A stretch of 64,000 nucleotides of DNA from the NCBI GenBank assembly GCA_964199315.1, contig OZ116709.1, positions 18,476,001-18,540,000 on the forward strand, given 5' to 3'. Position 1 is the first letter of the stretch. Each line of letters begins with the position of its first letter. The notes under the pieces were generated by a model that did not search any database, was not told where the DNA came from, and saw only the letters and a program-made list of their open reading frames with translations. Shown in pieces: positions 1 through 11,700 of the stretch. The translations under genes were made by a program, and so were the position numbers. The DNA is from Orbicella franksi. Lineage: Eukaryota.

Positions 1-203
1 TGTTGGCTAGAGAAAGCAATGTGAACTGAAACTAAAGTGTTTTGCCCAAGAATGCAAAACAAGGACAGTGACCTTGACTTCTAACCATGAACCCCAAGGG
101 GTAATGGGCCAGAGAAGGACAGTGACCTAGGCTTTTATAAAAATCTGTTGATTTTGCCTTCTATTTACACCTATGATAGGAACAACTTTTCTTTCATTAA
201 CAG

Positions 204-3200
204 ATCCTTTGACGAGAATGGATCATACAATCCTGGGAAGGAGATAAAGGCAGAAACACAGACATATTATCAGGGCCTGATTGACAACAGAGATTCTCCA
301 TTCGTTGTAAGTTTTCCATCCAATTGTGGTGTCATGTGCAACCCCCCTCTCTCTCCCAGCTTGATCCCTTAAAAAAATAATGCTACTGCTGTCTAATTTC
401 AAACTTTGAACATATATTTCTCAAAGGATGGGCAGTATTTTACTGTGCAGCAGTTTAAAAATAGATTTCTCCTCTGTCTTTCAGAGAGCTCAACCAGAGA
501 TTGTGACATTCCTTGGATATGAAAGTGACAATGCACTTTACTCTATACCAGGCAAGAGATTGGATCTTAATTTTAAAGTGTATTATCATTTGTCTTATGT
601 TCTAGTCTCGTGAGATGTAGCTCCCATGATGAGAAGCCATCTACTTAATAAATAGTACCATTTGCTGTGCATCTGTTCAGTAACTGATCAAGATGACATC
701 AAACTGTGGTAAGAACAAAAAACTGGCAAAAAAACTGACTAGTTATGATCTCAGATCCATGATGCTTGTGATGTTACTCTCACATATGTAAAGGGTGACA
801 TGCACATGAACTGCTATTTGGCTAAGAATGGTCACATGACTCACAATTATATATTAATTGATATTTCTTTTTAGGGCTGGATTACATATCCCAGGAGGAC
901 GTCCTTCCTTACATGGTTTCTGATGCATTTTCGCGTCCAATCCATCATGAACTGTTTGATCGATTCTTGTATCCTGAACCTGGAAGAGGTACAGTGAAAT
1001 TAAAATTCTATGTTAAATTGTACACTGGAATGAAAATTATATAATTAAAAACAATAAACATAATTATTTCTTCCATTTTAGTGCCATCTTTTGCCCCTCG
1101 GGAAGCTCTGCAATCTTGGCAGGAAAAGAACCACAAGTGGTTAGAACTGACAGATGTGCACAGAGAAACTACTAACAATATAAGGATTACTGTTATGCCA
1201 TTCTACATGGGAGTAAAGGTTTGTTACCTTGCTGTAACATAAAGTGTCATGTCCCTTTGCCTCTCTTTGTCACAAGCTTTAACCCAGGGTGGTCATAAGG
1301 TTCCGTTTCCTGCCTGAGTGACAAGCCTCCTCCCCCACCCTGGCTATTAGCCCCTTCTCTCTCCCCGTTATATGCCCCTCACCTTGGTTTAAACCTGTTC
1401 CTTGCCACACCTTGTTGTAAACCTCCAAATATGACTTAGTTGAAAGGTCCCCTGACCCTGTCCTGCCCTGCTGAGTCCAACCTCGTTCTCAGAGTGTTTT
1501 ATCTTCCCACTCTTCCTTTGTCACAGTTTTAGGTCCTTCTCCTCCCCAAGTGTTAAGCATCATCATCCATTACTCTGGTTTTAATCCTTGTAGTCCACCC
1601 TAGTTGTAAACTTCTTTTACCTGTTAGGTAAAACATCTTTTATCCCACTATGAAGTGCATGGTTTTTTATTTGAGATTTAGAACTTGAGTACTTTCTTCT
1701 AAAATTGTTGGTCAGAAGTAAGGTCTTGATTAAAATGCGATCAGTAACAGGAATTTTGAATTTTCATTTGCAGAACACCCTTCCAACGCAAGACTATTGG
1801 GTATGTAATTTTCAGTGTTCAAAATGATCTTTAAAAATGCTCACTATGCTTATACCTGATTTTAAAATGTTAACTGTACAATGTGTAATTTTATTGTTTC
1901 AGTGGCGTTACTGCATCAGAATTGAAAATCTTGGTCAGGAGACAGTGCAGCTTCGTGAGAGGCACTGGAGAATATTCAGCCTGTCAGGCACATTGGAGAC
2001 TGTCAGAGGGAGGGGTGTGGCTGGACAGGTAAGACTTGGTGATGGGAGGGAAGGGAAGGGAGGGGGAAATGTGTCCACAACTTACTGTATGTGTGACTTG
2101 ACATACTGTATGTTAAGAGAGGATGAAGTCCACCAAAGGACAAGAGAGGTGATCCTCTGTATATCACTCCTGCCCAAGGTAATCCCTCTTAAGTTATTTT
2201 TTAGATCGCTCCTGATTTCAGAAATCCCAGGAGGGCCTATAAATAGCCAATCCTGTGAGGTGAAATTTGTTCACATGGACAGCCCAAGCAGATTTACATG
2301 CATTTTTTATCTTCCACATTGACATCCATGCAACAGGCGTGGTAACATCTGCTGGAGAAATGGGTTCCATCTCTAAAAATAGCTTTAAAGTGATTGTTTT
2401 GGGAACTGGGCCTATATGAGGAATTTACTCTCTTGCTCTTCAATTTAAACCCAAAGTAGAATATGTTAGGACTAAGAGATACACAACAGAGAGGATAAAC
2501 TTTTGACAGGGATGGAAGTTAGGCAGTTAACATCTCTAGATTTTTTAGGGATAGGGAGAGAGCGATGATTTTACACTGCTTAATACACTGAGACTGTTTG
2601 ATTGGTGAGATGATTTAACACAGTGCAAATTTCTTGTGCTTGGAACATTACACTTACATTGATAGACAGATAAACAGACAGGCAGGCAGATAGACAGACA
2701 GACAGACAGGCAAACAGACAGGCAGACAGACAGGCAGACAGACAGACAAGCAGACAAGCAGACAAGCAGACAGACAAACAGACAGATATTCACTTACCAT
2801 TTATTTGATTATCAGGAACCTGTTCTATCACCACAACAACCCGCTTTCCAGTACAGCAGCCACCTTTCATTACAAGCGCCCAGTGGAAATATGTGGTAAG
2901 TGAAAAAAGTTACCAACTGGTGAAACTGGTTTAAGCAGGATGAGGCACACGTTTTGTTAGACAGGAACTATGAGGGATCATCTTGGTTGCAGTATGCCTA
3001 TCTCCTTCCCAGAACTTATGCATCTGCCAGTCAGCAATAGGGAGAAACGAGGGTTCTAGGAACAGGAATGTTTTGAAAGCAGGAGGTCATACTCAAACTT
3101 CATTCTGGGGCCAGAGGTCCCTATTAATAGAGGCACGCTTGATGGTTATCAGTTGTCGTGCCAAGTTCGCATGTCTCTCAGGTAGTTGCAATCGCTTCAA

Positions 3201-4240
3201 GGAAAATTGACCGTAAAACAGGGAGATAAATGAATATCCTCGTGAAAGTGCCTGGGGCTTCGAAAGATATATTAGCGAGTTAGTGAAGCTGTCGAGCATT
3301 GCCTTCCTCACAGCAAAGTGCTAACGAACGGCTAACACTCAAAATGTCAGCATAACTAACTCACTATCGCGGTTTATTTACCTTTGCCGGTCGATTCAAC
3401 CCAACTGTTTCTAAGACAGTAAAAAGTTTGTTCGTCTTTTTCTGAGTCCTTTGAGCGTGACACGAAATAAAGCACTATATTATATTGAGGAAAATGGTCT
3501 CGCAAGAGACAAAACGCTTCCTCGCTCTCGCGCGCGTAGCTATTTTTCCTTTTCCACTTTCTTTCGCTTCACGCTGGACAGACTAAGAAAACAGAGGGGC
3601 CACTTATTAATATAGTCCATCAAACAGTCACACAAGTTGTGCCATAGGGTTGTTGGTCGTGTCAATTGAGTGGATTCAAACTGCTTCCTTATAATTCCGC
3701 TTGAAGCGCTACCTGAAGCTCTTTTTTACTTGCTCTGGGTTAACAAGATATCATCTAAAATTGCCTTTCTAGCACGGCAAAACCTATACTAAACAAAACT
3801 TGTTGTCCTTGCTCTACTTCACCTCTTACTTGAACGTTCTCTTCCCATTTCATTAATCCATTGTGTTGAGTCTCCCCGACTGCTTGTCACTACTGTGTGT
3901 GTAGCCTGTTCCAGGCTCTCTGTCAGTGAGGACGATCGAAAAAGCGAGCGGGCCACCAGCGGGATCGGCGACGAGCGAGATCCGGGAGAGAAAAGGAGAG
4001 GTCTCGTGACCTCTCCTTTTCTTTCCCAGACCTCGCTCGTCGCCTGCCCCTTTTCGATCGTCCCGACAGGCTAGTGCGAGTGTGGTCTTGTTTTTTCACT
4101 GTTGTTGTTGTTGCTATTTTTTACACAGGGGTAAATATCGATTCGAACGATCTGATGGCAGTACATTCGAAACACCAATCCCTCCATTTGCACTGGACAG
4201 CAGAGAGGAAGATACGCCAGATTCTTCAGGAAAGACTTAA
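204..4240 (+). CDS. POLDIP2: Polymerase delta-interacting protein 2, 3' part (ApaG domain); 5' exons lie upstream of the window. Exons 204-306, 485-551, 875-988, 1082-1218, 1774-1800, 1903-2028, 2816-2895, 4129-4240 (stop TAA 4238-4240)
   Basis: The spliced translation (...TQTYYQGLIDNRDSPFV-RAQPEIVTFLG..ALYSIPG-LDYISQEDVLPY..HELFDRFL..-..LQSWQEKNHKWLELTDVHRETTNNIRITVMPFYMG..-WRYCIRIENL..VQLRERHWRIFSLSGTLETVRGRGV..-EPVLSPQQPAFQYSSHLSLQAPSGNMW-GKYRFERSDGSTFETPIPPFALDS) closely matches vertebrate POLDIP2 as I recall it. All intron phases are consistent, with AG acceptors; donors are GT except one GC. Confidence 0.96.
2661..2786 (+). repeat. Imperfect (GACA)n tetranucleotide microsatellite in a POLDIP2 intron
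   Basis: Directly visible gacagacagacaggcaaacagacagg... array; it accounts for the spurious ORFs at 2545-2793 and 2580-2777. Confidence 0.95.
3902..4073. mobile_element. Palindromic MITE-like element with TAGCCTG...CAGGCTA termini
   Basis: Termini tagcctg (3902) and caggcta (4067-4073). Internal inverted arms: ggacgatcgaaaa/ttttcgatcgtcc, gcgacgagcgag/ctcgctcgtcgc and gaaaaggagaggtc/gacctctccttttc. Confidence 0.75.
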
Positions 4241-4533
4241 AAAACAGATTTGCACCTGATATATAGATACCTGTTTGTGCGTCTGATTTTCAATTGGAAC
4301 AACATACACGTACAATTCCAGTTAGCAGAAGCATGTACTTCTACAAGCACTAAATGTGGAAGAATTTAAAGGCGGAGTGTTCTGTTCGCAGTTAGAATCT
4401 GCAAATGACAAAGAATGGACCTGGTTAGAAATTTCAGCTTTTAGAGACTGTGAATCTTGTTAGATAAGAGGCGGTTTATTTTTTAAGCCTGAAATCCGTA
4501 AAATGCGAGATAAAGGTTTATATCGACTTTGGT

Positions 4534-4806
4534 TTAAATTTGCCAGCGTTCTATCACGAATGCCGTTCTCTAATTGGCTACGTTACTCACTCTCTATTCT
4601 GTTGTAAATATTCTGCCCTTGTTAACAAACTGGCGGCGGCCTCTTCGCGTTTGCGAAGTATCCGTGAAGAGGATTTAGATAAAGCTTTGAACGACTAGTA
4701 AATTTATTCTAAAACAATTAGATTATTCGCTCTCGATTTCTATGCGTGATAGTTGACTCGGGTTGTACCTTCGTCAACTATCACGTGATAGAAATCTCGA
4801 GCTCAT
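4534..4806. repeat. Dispersed repeat with internal hairpin, copy 1 (second copy 5047-5271)
   Basis: Shares blocks (actcactctctattctgttgta, gttaacaaactggcgg, acaattagattattcgct, tatgcgtgatagttgactc) with 5047-5271; hairpin arms at 4731-4801. Confidence 0.7.
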
Positions 4807-5046
4807 AAGCTCAGCTGGCGATGGGCAAAGCTTACAGTCAACTGTCAAAGTCCAGATAAAAACCAAGATAGAGCAGTCTAATTGTGACGATAGCTGGTCT
4901 TTTGGAAATCGACAATACTGATCCAGTGAAGGTTTTAGCCACAACCCATCTTCTAGTCATCATTAGTAGCTACTCAGCCGTGTTTTATTGGAAATCCGCG
5001 AAGTCTGATTGGTTTTCTCATTGTCCCTATGTAATCGCTGTTAGTA

Positions 5047-5271
5047 TAAATCTACTAGCGTTCTATCGCGTATGCTATTCTCAGATTGCCTAGGCTACTC
5101 ACTATCTATTCTGTTGTAGATAGCGAGAAGCGTGGCAGTGAGCGATTGTTAACAAACTGGCGGCCGCTTCTTTGTGTTTTTGAAATAAAGATAAGTTTTG
5201 AATGACCAGAAGATTTAAACCACAACAATTAGATTATTCGCTTTGAGTTCTATGCGTGATAGTTGACTCAG
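5047..5271. repeat. Dispersed repeat, copy 2 (truncated) of the 4534-4806 family
   Basis: Same ordered blocks as 4534-4806. Confidence 0.65.
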
Positions 5272-6057
5272 CTTATCATCATCATTTAACCGTTCTCCAA
5301 GTGGAGAATTGGGCCGTAAGCTCTCTGCCTCCAGGCTGAGAGCTTATAATCTAACTCTTAATTACTGGTATAGCCACTCAGCTGTGTTCTGTTTGCAAAT
5401 TGTGAGACCACCAATAGTCAGCCGCTGAGTTATGCTATAAAACACGTTTCATTTGACGACAATGTTAAAACTTGTAAATGGGTGTGAGAAAAGCTAGAAG
5501 CGTTTATTTACGTAGTCATTCTCTGCAAGAGAGACGTCCAAAATTACACCCTAATGACGTCACTCTACAGAGATCCGCGTAGTGTCTGATTGGTTGTTGC
5601 TCGGTTTCGAATTTTTGCGCGCAAGCTTTAGCCAATCAGAGGTTTCGAATTTTCGCGCGCATGTTTTAACCGATCGGAGACAACACGGATCTTTGAATAG
5701 CTTCGTCATCAGTTACGAATCGTACGTACATCTTTCTTGCAAGGATTGAATTGAGCGGCCCAGGGAAAACGTTTCATTCAGGTTATGAAAAACTCTGAAA
5801 GTTTCCGGGGTCAATTCTCTGATTCATTTGAGGGAATCTCCGTCAGTAACCTCAGGTTTTCATTAATAGTCGAGGGCTTTCTAGCTTGCAATCCGAACTA
5901 GAGAAGAATTATGGAGAGAAAGGTCTTCCATTGTAATGAACAAAACTATGTTTTTCTTTTACCGCCTTAGTTTTTAATAACAATATTAAATCATCGAGTG
6001 GTATTTTGCTGGTGAATCAAAAGTCAAATAATTGTTAATATTGTATAAATGTATGCA

Positions 6058-6113
<56 letters not shown>
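6058..6113. repeat. Perfect (ATT)n microsatellite, possibly the (TAA)n tail of a minus-strand non-LTR retroelement
   Basis: About 18 ATT units are directly visible. The tail interpretation is inference from the adjacent GC-richer block. Confidence 0.85.
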
Positions 6114-6114
<1 letters not shown>

Positions 6115-8720
6115 CAGCAGGAACCCTCTCTTAAAAGAGAGTGACTGTTAAAAAAAAAAAAAAACTACACAAAGCGCATTAAACATGAATATCTTTTTAA
6201 CTGCTTTTCTCTTTATTGGTGCTTTTCAAATCACAGATGTTCAGGGTCTTTTTGGTTTTGGTTGAATGCGACCTGATTACATCTCATCTGCTTCTTATGG
6301 TGAGTGCGTGCCCGCCATGGATCATGGTTGTGTTGACGGTGTTATTTTGGTGATAACACAACGCGTGGCAGTAGGTGGGGAGCCTAAGACAGCAGAAGGG
6401 GGCCTCGGCATATACAAAAGGGACAAGGGGAAAGGGGTTGTGTTCGTCCGTGATAATAACTGGAATTACTGTCGTCAGAGTCATCCCGGTAACGTTTCAG
6501 GCATAAAGCCGGAAGAAAGGTTGAAAATGTTATCATGGGATTGAGCCACGCATACAGAACGCGATTTAGGGATTCTCCTACAAATGAGCTCCTACAAATG
6601 AACGCTGAGCTTTCACATGGGAGTGTACAGTCTCACTCATCCTGAGCAGGGATCTAAAAATTGCCATTATTCATCAAAAGGCATTCAAGTTTCCATCAAA
6701 GCAAGATGAATAGTTCGTTCTCTCGGATCTGCGAACGTGATTTTTATGTAGTTAGATGTGAGAGGACTGCGCGCTTCGCAGCGTAGGCGAAAACGTCCGG
6801 CGAAGAAGCACGTAATTTCTTATGCAATAACTCATCATTCTGGTCAACTGTAAGGGTCTCCCCTCTGAACGCTCTCTCACGCTCCTAAATCGCCTATCCA
6901 CCCCTCTATTTCTGGCTCCAGATTCGCAAATCTACTGACTTAGTCCGTTTCCCCTCTAGGAGCCTGGAAAGGCTACAGCTTTGCCTGAAAAGAGTTCATG
7001 GCTCACTTGTATACTCTTGCTGAATACCTGAGATGATTAAAAATGTGTGTTTGAACTGGTTGAAAGGAGTCAATGCTTGTTTGCATTAGCCTGACTGAAT
7101 AATAGGATATTTGATCAACGGGGCTGCCAAAGCAAATATATTCGCATGCGAAAATGGAGCCGGAATATTTTTTTGCAGCTTTCAATGGAACTTTTTCCCA
7201 AAAAGCTTTCATAGGAAGATTATTGCTATAGTAACAATAGATCTGGACATAAAAGTCTCTCTGGTGAATTCTCTGTTTTTCTTTAACACGAATAAAAATA
7301 GTTTTCCACTTGTTGCATTGCATGACCGGTTCTTCAATTCCTAGACCTCGTATGCTTGATTGTACACCATTATGTATTTCTGGGCTGAAAGGGTTATTTA
7401 TACGTCATTTTCTGAATACATGTTTATCATGAGCTCTAGAAAAGAGAGATTATTCGGCCTATGTAAGTCCTGTTTCTATCTTAATTATGTTCAAAAGTAT
7501 CATAACAGCACGGGTTGGTTGTAAGGTCTATTAAAGCCGGGATACCAAAGCGAAAATGTATTTTCGTGTTCTCGTGTTCTCGTCAACATGATGTGTGACT
7601 TGATATTATTTATCTTTCCTTTTGCAAAACATAAGTGTGTGTGGCTCCGTATTCCGTTTAACTGACCGTTTTCTCCTCCTTTCTTTGTTTACTTCTTTTT
7701 TGTACCACTAAAACGTACGCGAAATTTATGAATTTACCTCTTAGCCTGCTAGGCTCAGCTTGAATATTTTGGAATTGAAAACAGCGAGAGATCTGCAAAA
7801 TTTTACTTAAATTAACACATCCGCACGAAGGCAGTATCAATGTTTATGAACGGACAGTAATTGCTTGACAACAGGTGTAGAGGAAGTAATTTGAGGAAAA
7901 GGGCACTTACTCAAATTAAGAACCACTTTTAGCTTGTTACAGACCTGAGTTGGTTACTAAAAGGATACTCAACAGATATATGGTCATTGTTTTTACGAAA
8001 TTTGCTCTCTCATGGTGTAACATTTGAAATATACTACCACGCTAGTTTTATCTAGTCCGTGTACGTGAAGTTAACTCTAAAAATATTGCGCTCGAACTTT
8101 CCAAGAGGTGAATTGAGGCCGGTTCTGCGTGGGAGGGCGCTTTAAAATTCTTCATCGAGCTCTCTGTCTCCTTGGTAAACGATTTGCCCGTGGAAAATTT
8201 ATGAAGCACCTTTAAAATTACATAATGGAAGGAGGCAGTCTAATTTGGAAACGTGTCGGATCAAATTATTTTCTTTATTTTCATTATCACCCAATCTACG
8301 TTTGTGCTATTTTTGGCTCGTGCAGTGAGTCAGTCTTTGGGCACTATATATGGTAATGTTGTCCAAATATAGCACAGAGGCCCGCTCTTGAACGCTATGT
8401 CAGCCATTGTTGCGCATGAGCGAGGTTCGTTTACTCACAACCCACAACATGGATTCGGAATTTTATGGAATCGTTACTAGTATCATAATTATTAGTCTAC
8501 GTTGAGCCTATTAGTGGTTAAACTTCCACAAGTTGTCTTCCTTGCATTGTTCCGTCGTTGTCAGCGTGTAAAAAGCGAGATTTTGTTTTTAGCGAAGAAA
8601 TGTACGTTGGTATGGATTGTTCCCGCGAGCACAAACGCTTTGCGGCGTTGTGGAGGTGTTTTTACCCGCAGTTATCTCGTTAACTGAAGTGAAGTGATTG
8701 TGGTATTGTTAAGCCGCAAA

Positions 8721-11700
8721 ATGCCATCTTCCAGTATCCCGGTTCCAGATAGGGACCTAGGAAATTCTCCATCTTCGCGGAAAAGCACGATGGAGGATTT
8801 ACGGAGACACAACAACAAGCTGAGGTCGGATTTGGAGGCCGAGCGAACGAAGGTTCGTCAAGTTTTACGTGACAAGTCTGCAGAAATAAAGAGAATTCAG
8901 GACAATTTTGAGAAGGAGAAGCAAAAAGCGATCGAGCTTGCAACGAAGCGACTGTCAAACGAGCATGCGGCAGAGCTCAGGAAAGTCCGCGAGAATACGG
9001 CAAGAGAGAAAGATAACGAACTACGACAAGTTCTCAAGTTCAAGGAAGAAGAAGTTAAAACGATGAGGCAACAAATCAGCGACGAAAAGGAGAAAAACAG
9101 ACATGCCGAGGAAGAATTGAGAAGGGTTTTAGTCGATCGGAGTAAAGAAGGAGACGACCATACTGAAGTGGAACGAAAATTACGGAGCGAAATCGCTTTG
9201 CTCAAGGAACAAAAACATAAAGCGGAGGAAATGTATCGAGACAAATCTTTGGCTGATAACGAAAAAGCTGAACTCATAAGACGTATGAGAGCCGATCACG
9301 AAATCGAGCTTCAGAAATTTGTAAAGGACTCTAAGCGTGAATCAATCCATAGTTTACAGCAAAGGAGGTTGACTGAAAAAGCGTTAGAAGAGAAAGCGCA
9401 CGAGTTAGCTTATAAAGATCATTTAGCAAGGAAACTTGAAGCTGAAAAGGATCACCTCCAAAGACGATTATCTCAGTCTGGAGACCTGGAAACATTGCGG
9501 CGATCAACTCTTCGAACTAGCGCTTCGTTTGATCCAGGTCTCAACGAACGTTTAGAAGAAAGCGTAAGTATTTTACCTTAAAAATTGTTTTAGTACAAAA
9601 AATTAACGCTTGGGTTATTTTTATTTTGTTATTTTTGTAGTGGATTTAAACTTAATTGGAAATGGCTTCCAACTGCTCTATGTCGCTAAACTACAAATTG
9701 ATTTTTATACGAAGTCCAATTGTCTCGGGTTTAAACAACAGCCTTTAAAGCCAAGCTTACTCTTCCGACTGATTTTTAATCATGTTTATGTCTGGTGTTA
9801 AGGCATGGTGATACTTTTGTTAGTTCTTTTTACTTCCGTTGATATTGTTGTAAATAAATCGATAGCTTCAAATTGGATTAGATTTAAAAGCCAGCTATCG
9901 AAGAGATACGGCCCAGTAGTTTCTCTGGTAGTAAAATTTGTAAATAATGCGGATATCTTTCTTTGCAAACTTCATCTTCCAGAAATACTGTGCAGATATG
10001 TTATAATTTCTCTAGTAGAAATTTGGCTGCGGATCTTGAAAATATTAAATTTGAAGAGCCCGTTGATAGACCATTTAAATCGAATCATGGCTTTTGATGA
10101 GCACACAGATAGGCAGAGAAAACAAATGATTCAAAGTATAAAAATATCCATTAGTACCATCCTTCTAAAAGTTTTATTGTCTAGTTGGTTGTTTACTGAA
10201 ATGTGCTACCATCCGTTTGCTCCTCTAAGATACTACATATATCATTTTCTCCAGATTTTAACTGTCAGTTGACATCAGAATAAAATTGTTCTAGAAAGTA
10301 CAACACATTTTGTAGATGTATGATAGATACAACTTTTCATCATCAATATTTATGGTATAAGCGCAGTTTTTGGCAAAGAAAGTTTGGGGCTGAAAAATGT
10401 TTTGTACTGTATCGTGTGGCTGGATGCCGTATGTCATAATATTGTGTCGGCAGAATACGTTTTTCATTGTACTCTTAGTGTATGTTTTTATGTATAAATC
10501 ATGCTTAATTTTCTAATTGAAGATTTTGGTGTGTTTAATGAGCGTTCAAATGGCCATGAATTTATTATATTTTTGGTTCTATTTTTCAAAGCACAAAGTT
10601 TCTTTTGCCAGTGGGCAATTTTAGAGCATCAATGTGTTCATTAACAAACATACAAGAGTTTCAGATATCACAAGGAACACTATATTTGTAATGAACGATA
10701 ATGGATTTGTGTTTACAGTTGAAAAGACTCTCACAGCAGAAGAGTGCTTGGCACTTGCTTTGACCTCCCAAGGTTAACATACTATTATCACGCTACAGGG
10801 TTTACATGTACTTTTTCTACTACACTTTCAGGGAATTTAATCAGTTTAAATGGAAACCTTTACCTTTGAAATCCTGGAAAGACAATATTTCTGTTTGGTA
10901 CCAAAATGATATCAAGCAGAGTAGGGATTCAAGAATATTTTGCATAAAAAGAAAGCTGTATGACCTAGAGGAAAAAAATATTTTGTTATGGTTTAGTTAA
11001 AATAGAAAGCTGACTCACATGCAAAGTAATGATTATTGTTGTACAAGTACATATGATCCTGTATAAAGTAACCAGAAAAACAAGTGTGCGGATGGATATT
11101 TTTCCACTTTCCACAGTGTTTACACTTACTTTTGTGTTTACTTTACAAATTTGTCGGTGTAGGGATTCTCAAAGTGCAAGTGCGAGCAGATCTGCCTTTA
11201 CTGGATCTAAAAAAAGAATATCAAATTCATACACAAGTGTGTGCTTTGTGTTTCCGTCTGCATGTATGCTAAGCTTGAATTTTGTTAATGCAAAAAAGGC
11301 TGTGCAATAGTCAGTAAGGGTCTTCAAGTTGTTATGTAATGTAACTTGCCCCTTGCTGTTTTGATGACAAGCTGTATAGAAGGCCAGGGTCCACCGCATG
11401 AAAGGGTCTTTCAAACAAAATTCACTATACAGCTTTTAAGGGTATTGTTGGAGGTATAACTGACCACTTGAAAGTCATGAATATTACGTGCCCACACAGT
11501 CAGTTACTACTTGCTGACTTGGGAGAACTGGGGGGATTTTCTGATCTGGCTCATCATCCTATAAGGGGCAGTTCACATCAATTTGCAAAACACTTATCTT
11601 AAGAATCTTATCTCCTTCCCTGTATAAATATGTTAAATGTAACTTTGATTCTGCTCTGAAAACATAGGTGGAAATGTTCCATTGTTTAGTTAATAAATAA

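Noticed and set aside
626-687. Box C (ATGATGA) and box D (CTGA) pair in a POLDIP2 intron
   Set aside because: There is no terminal stem or recognisable antisense guide; chance occurrence is likely.
2545-2793. Minus-strand ORFs of 82 and 65 aa with CLSV repeats
   Set aside because: They are translations of the (GACA)n microsatellite.
8694-8720. ORF-track start of RIM-BP at GTG 8694
   Set aside because: The first in-frame ATG with good context (gcaaaATG) is at 8721; the extension is unsupported.
10719-10772. Possible extra RIM-BP exon (tttacAG...AG|gttaac)
   Set aside because: It has an in-frame TGA in the required phase 0, and the gene model is complete without it.
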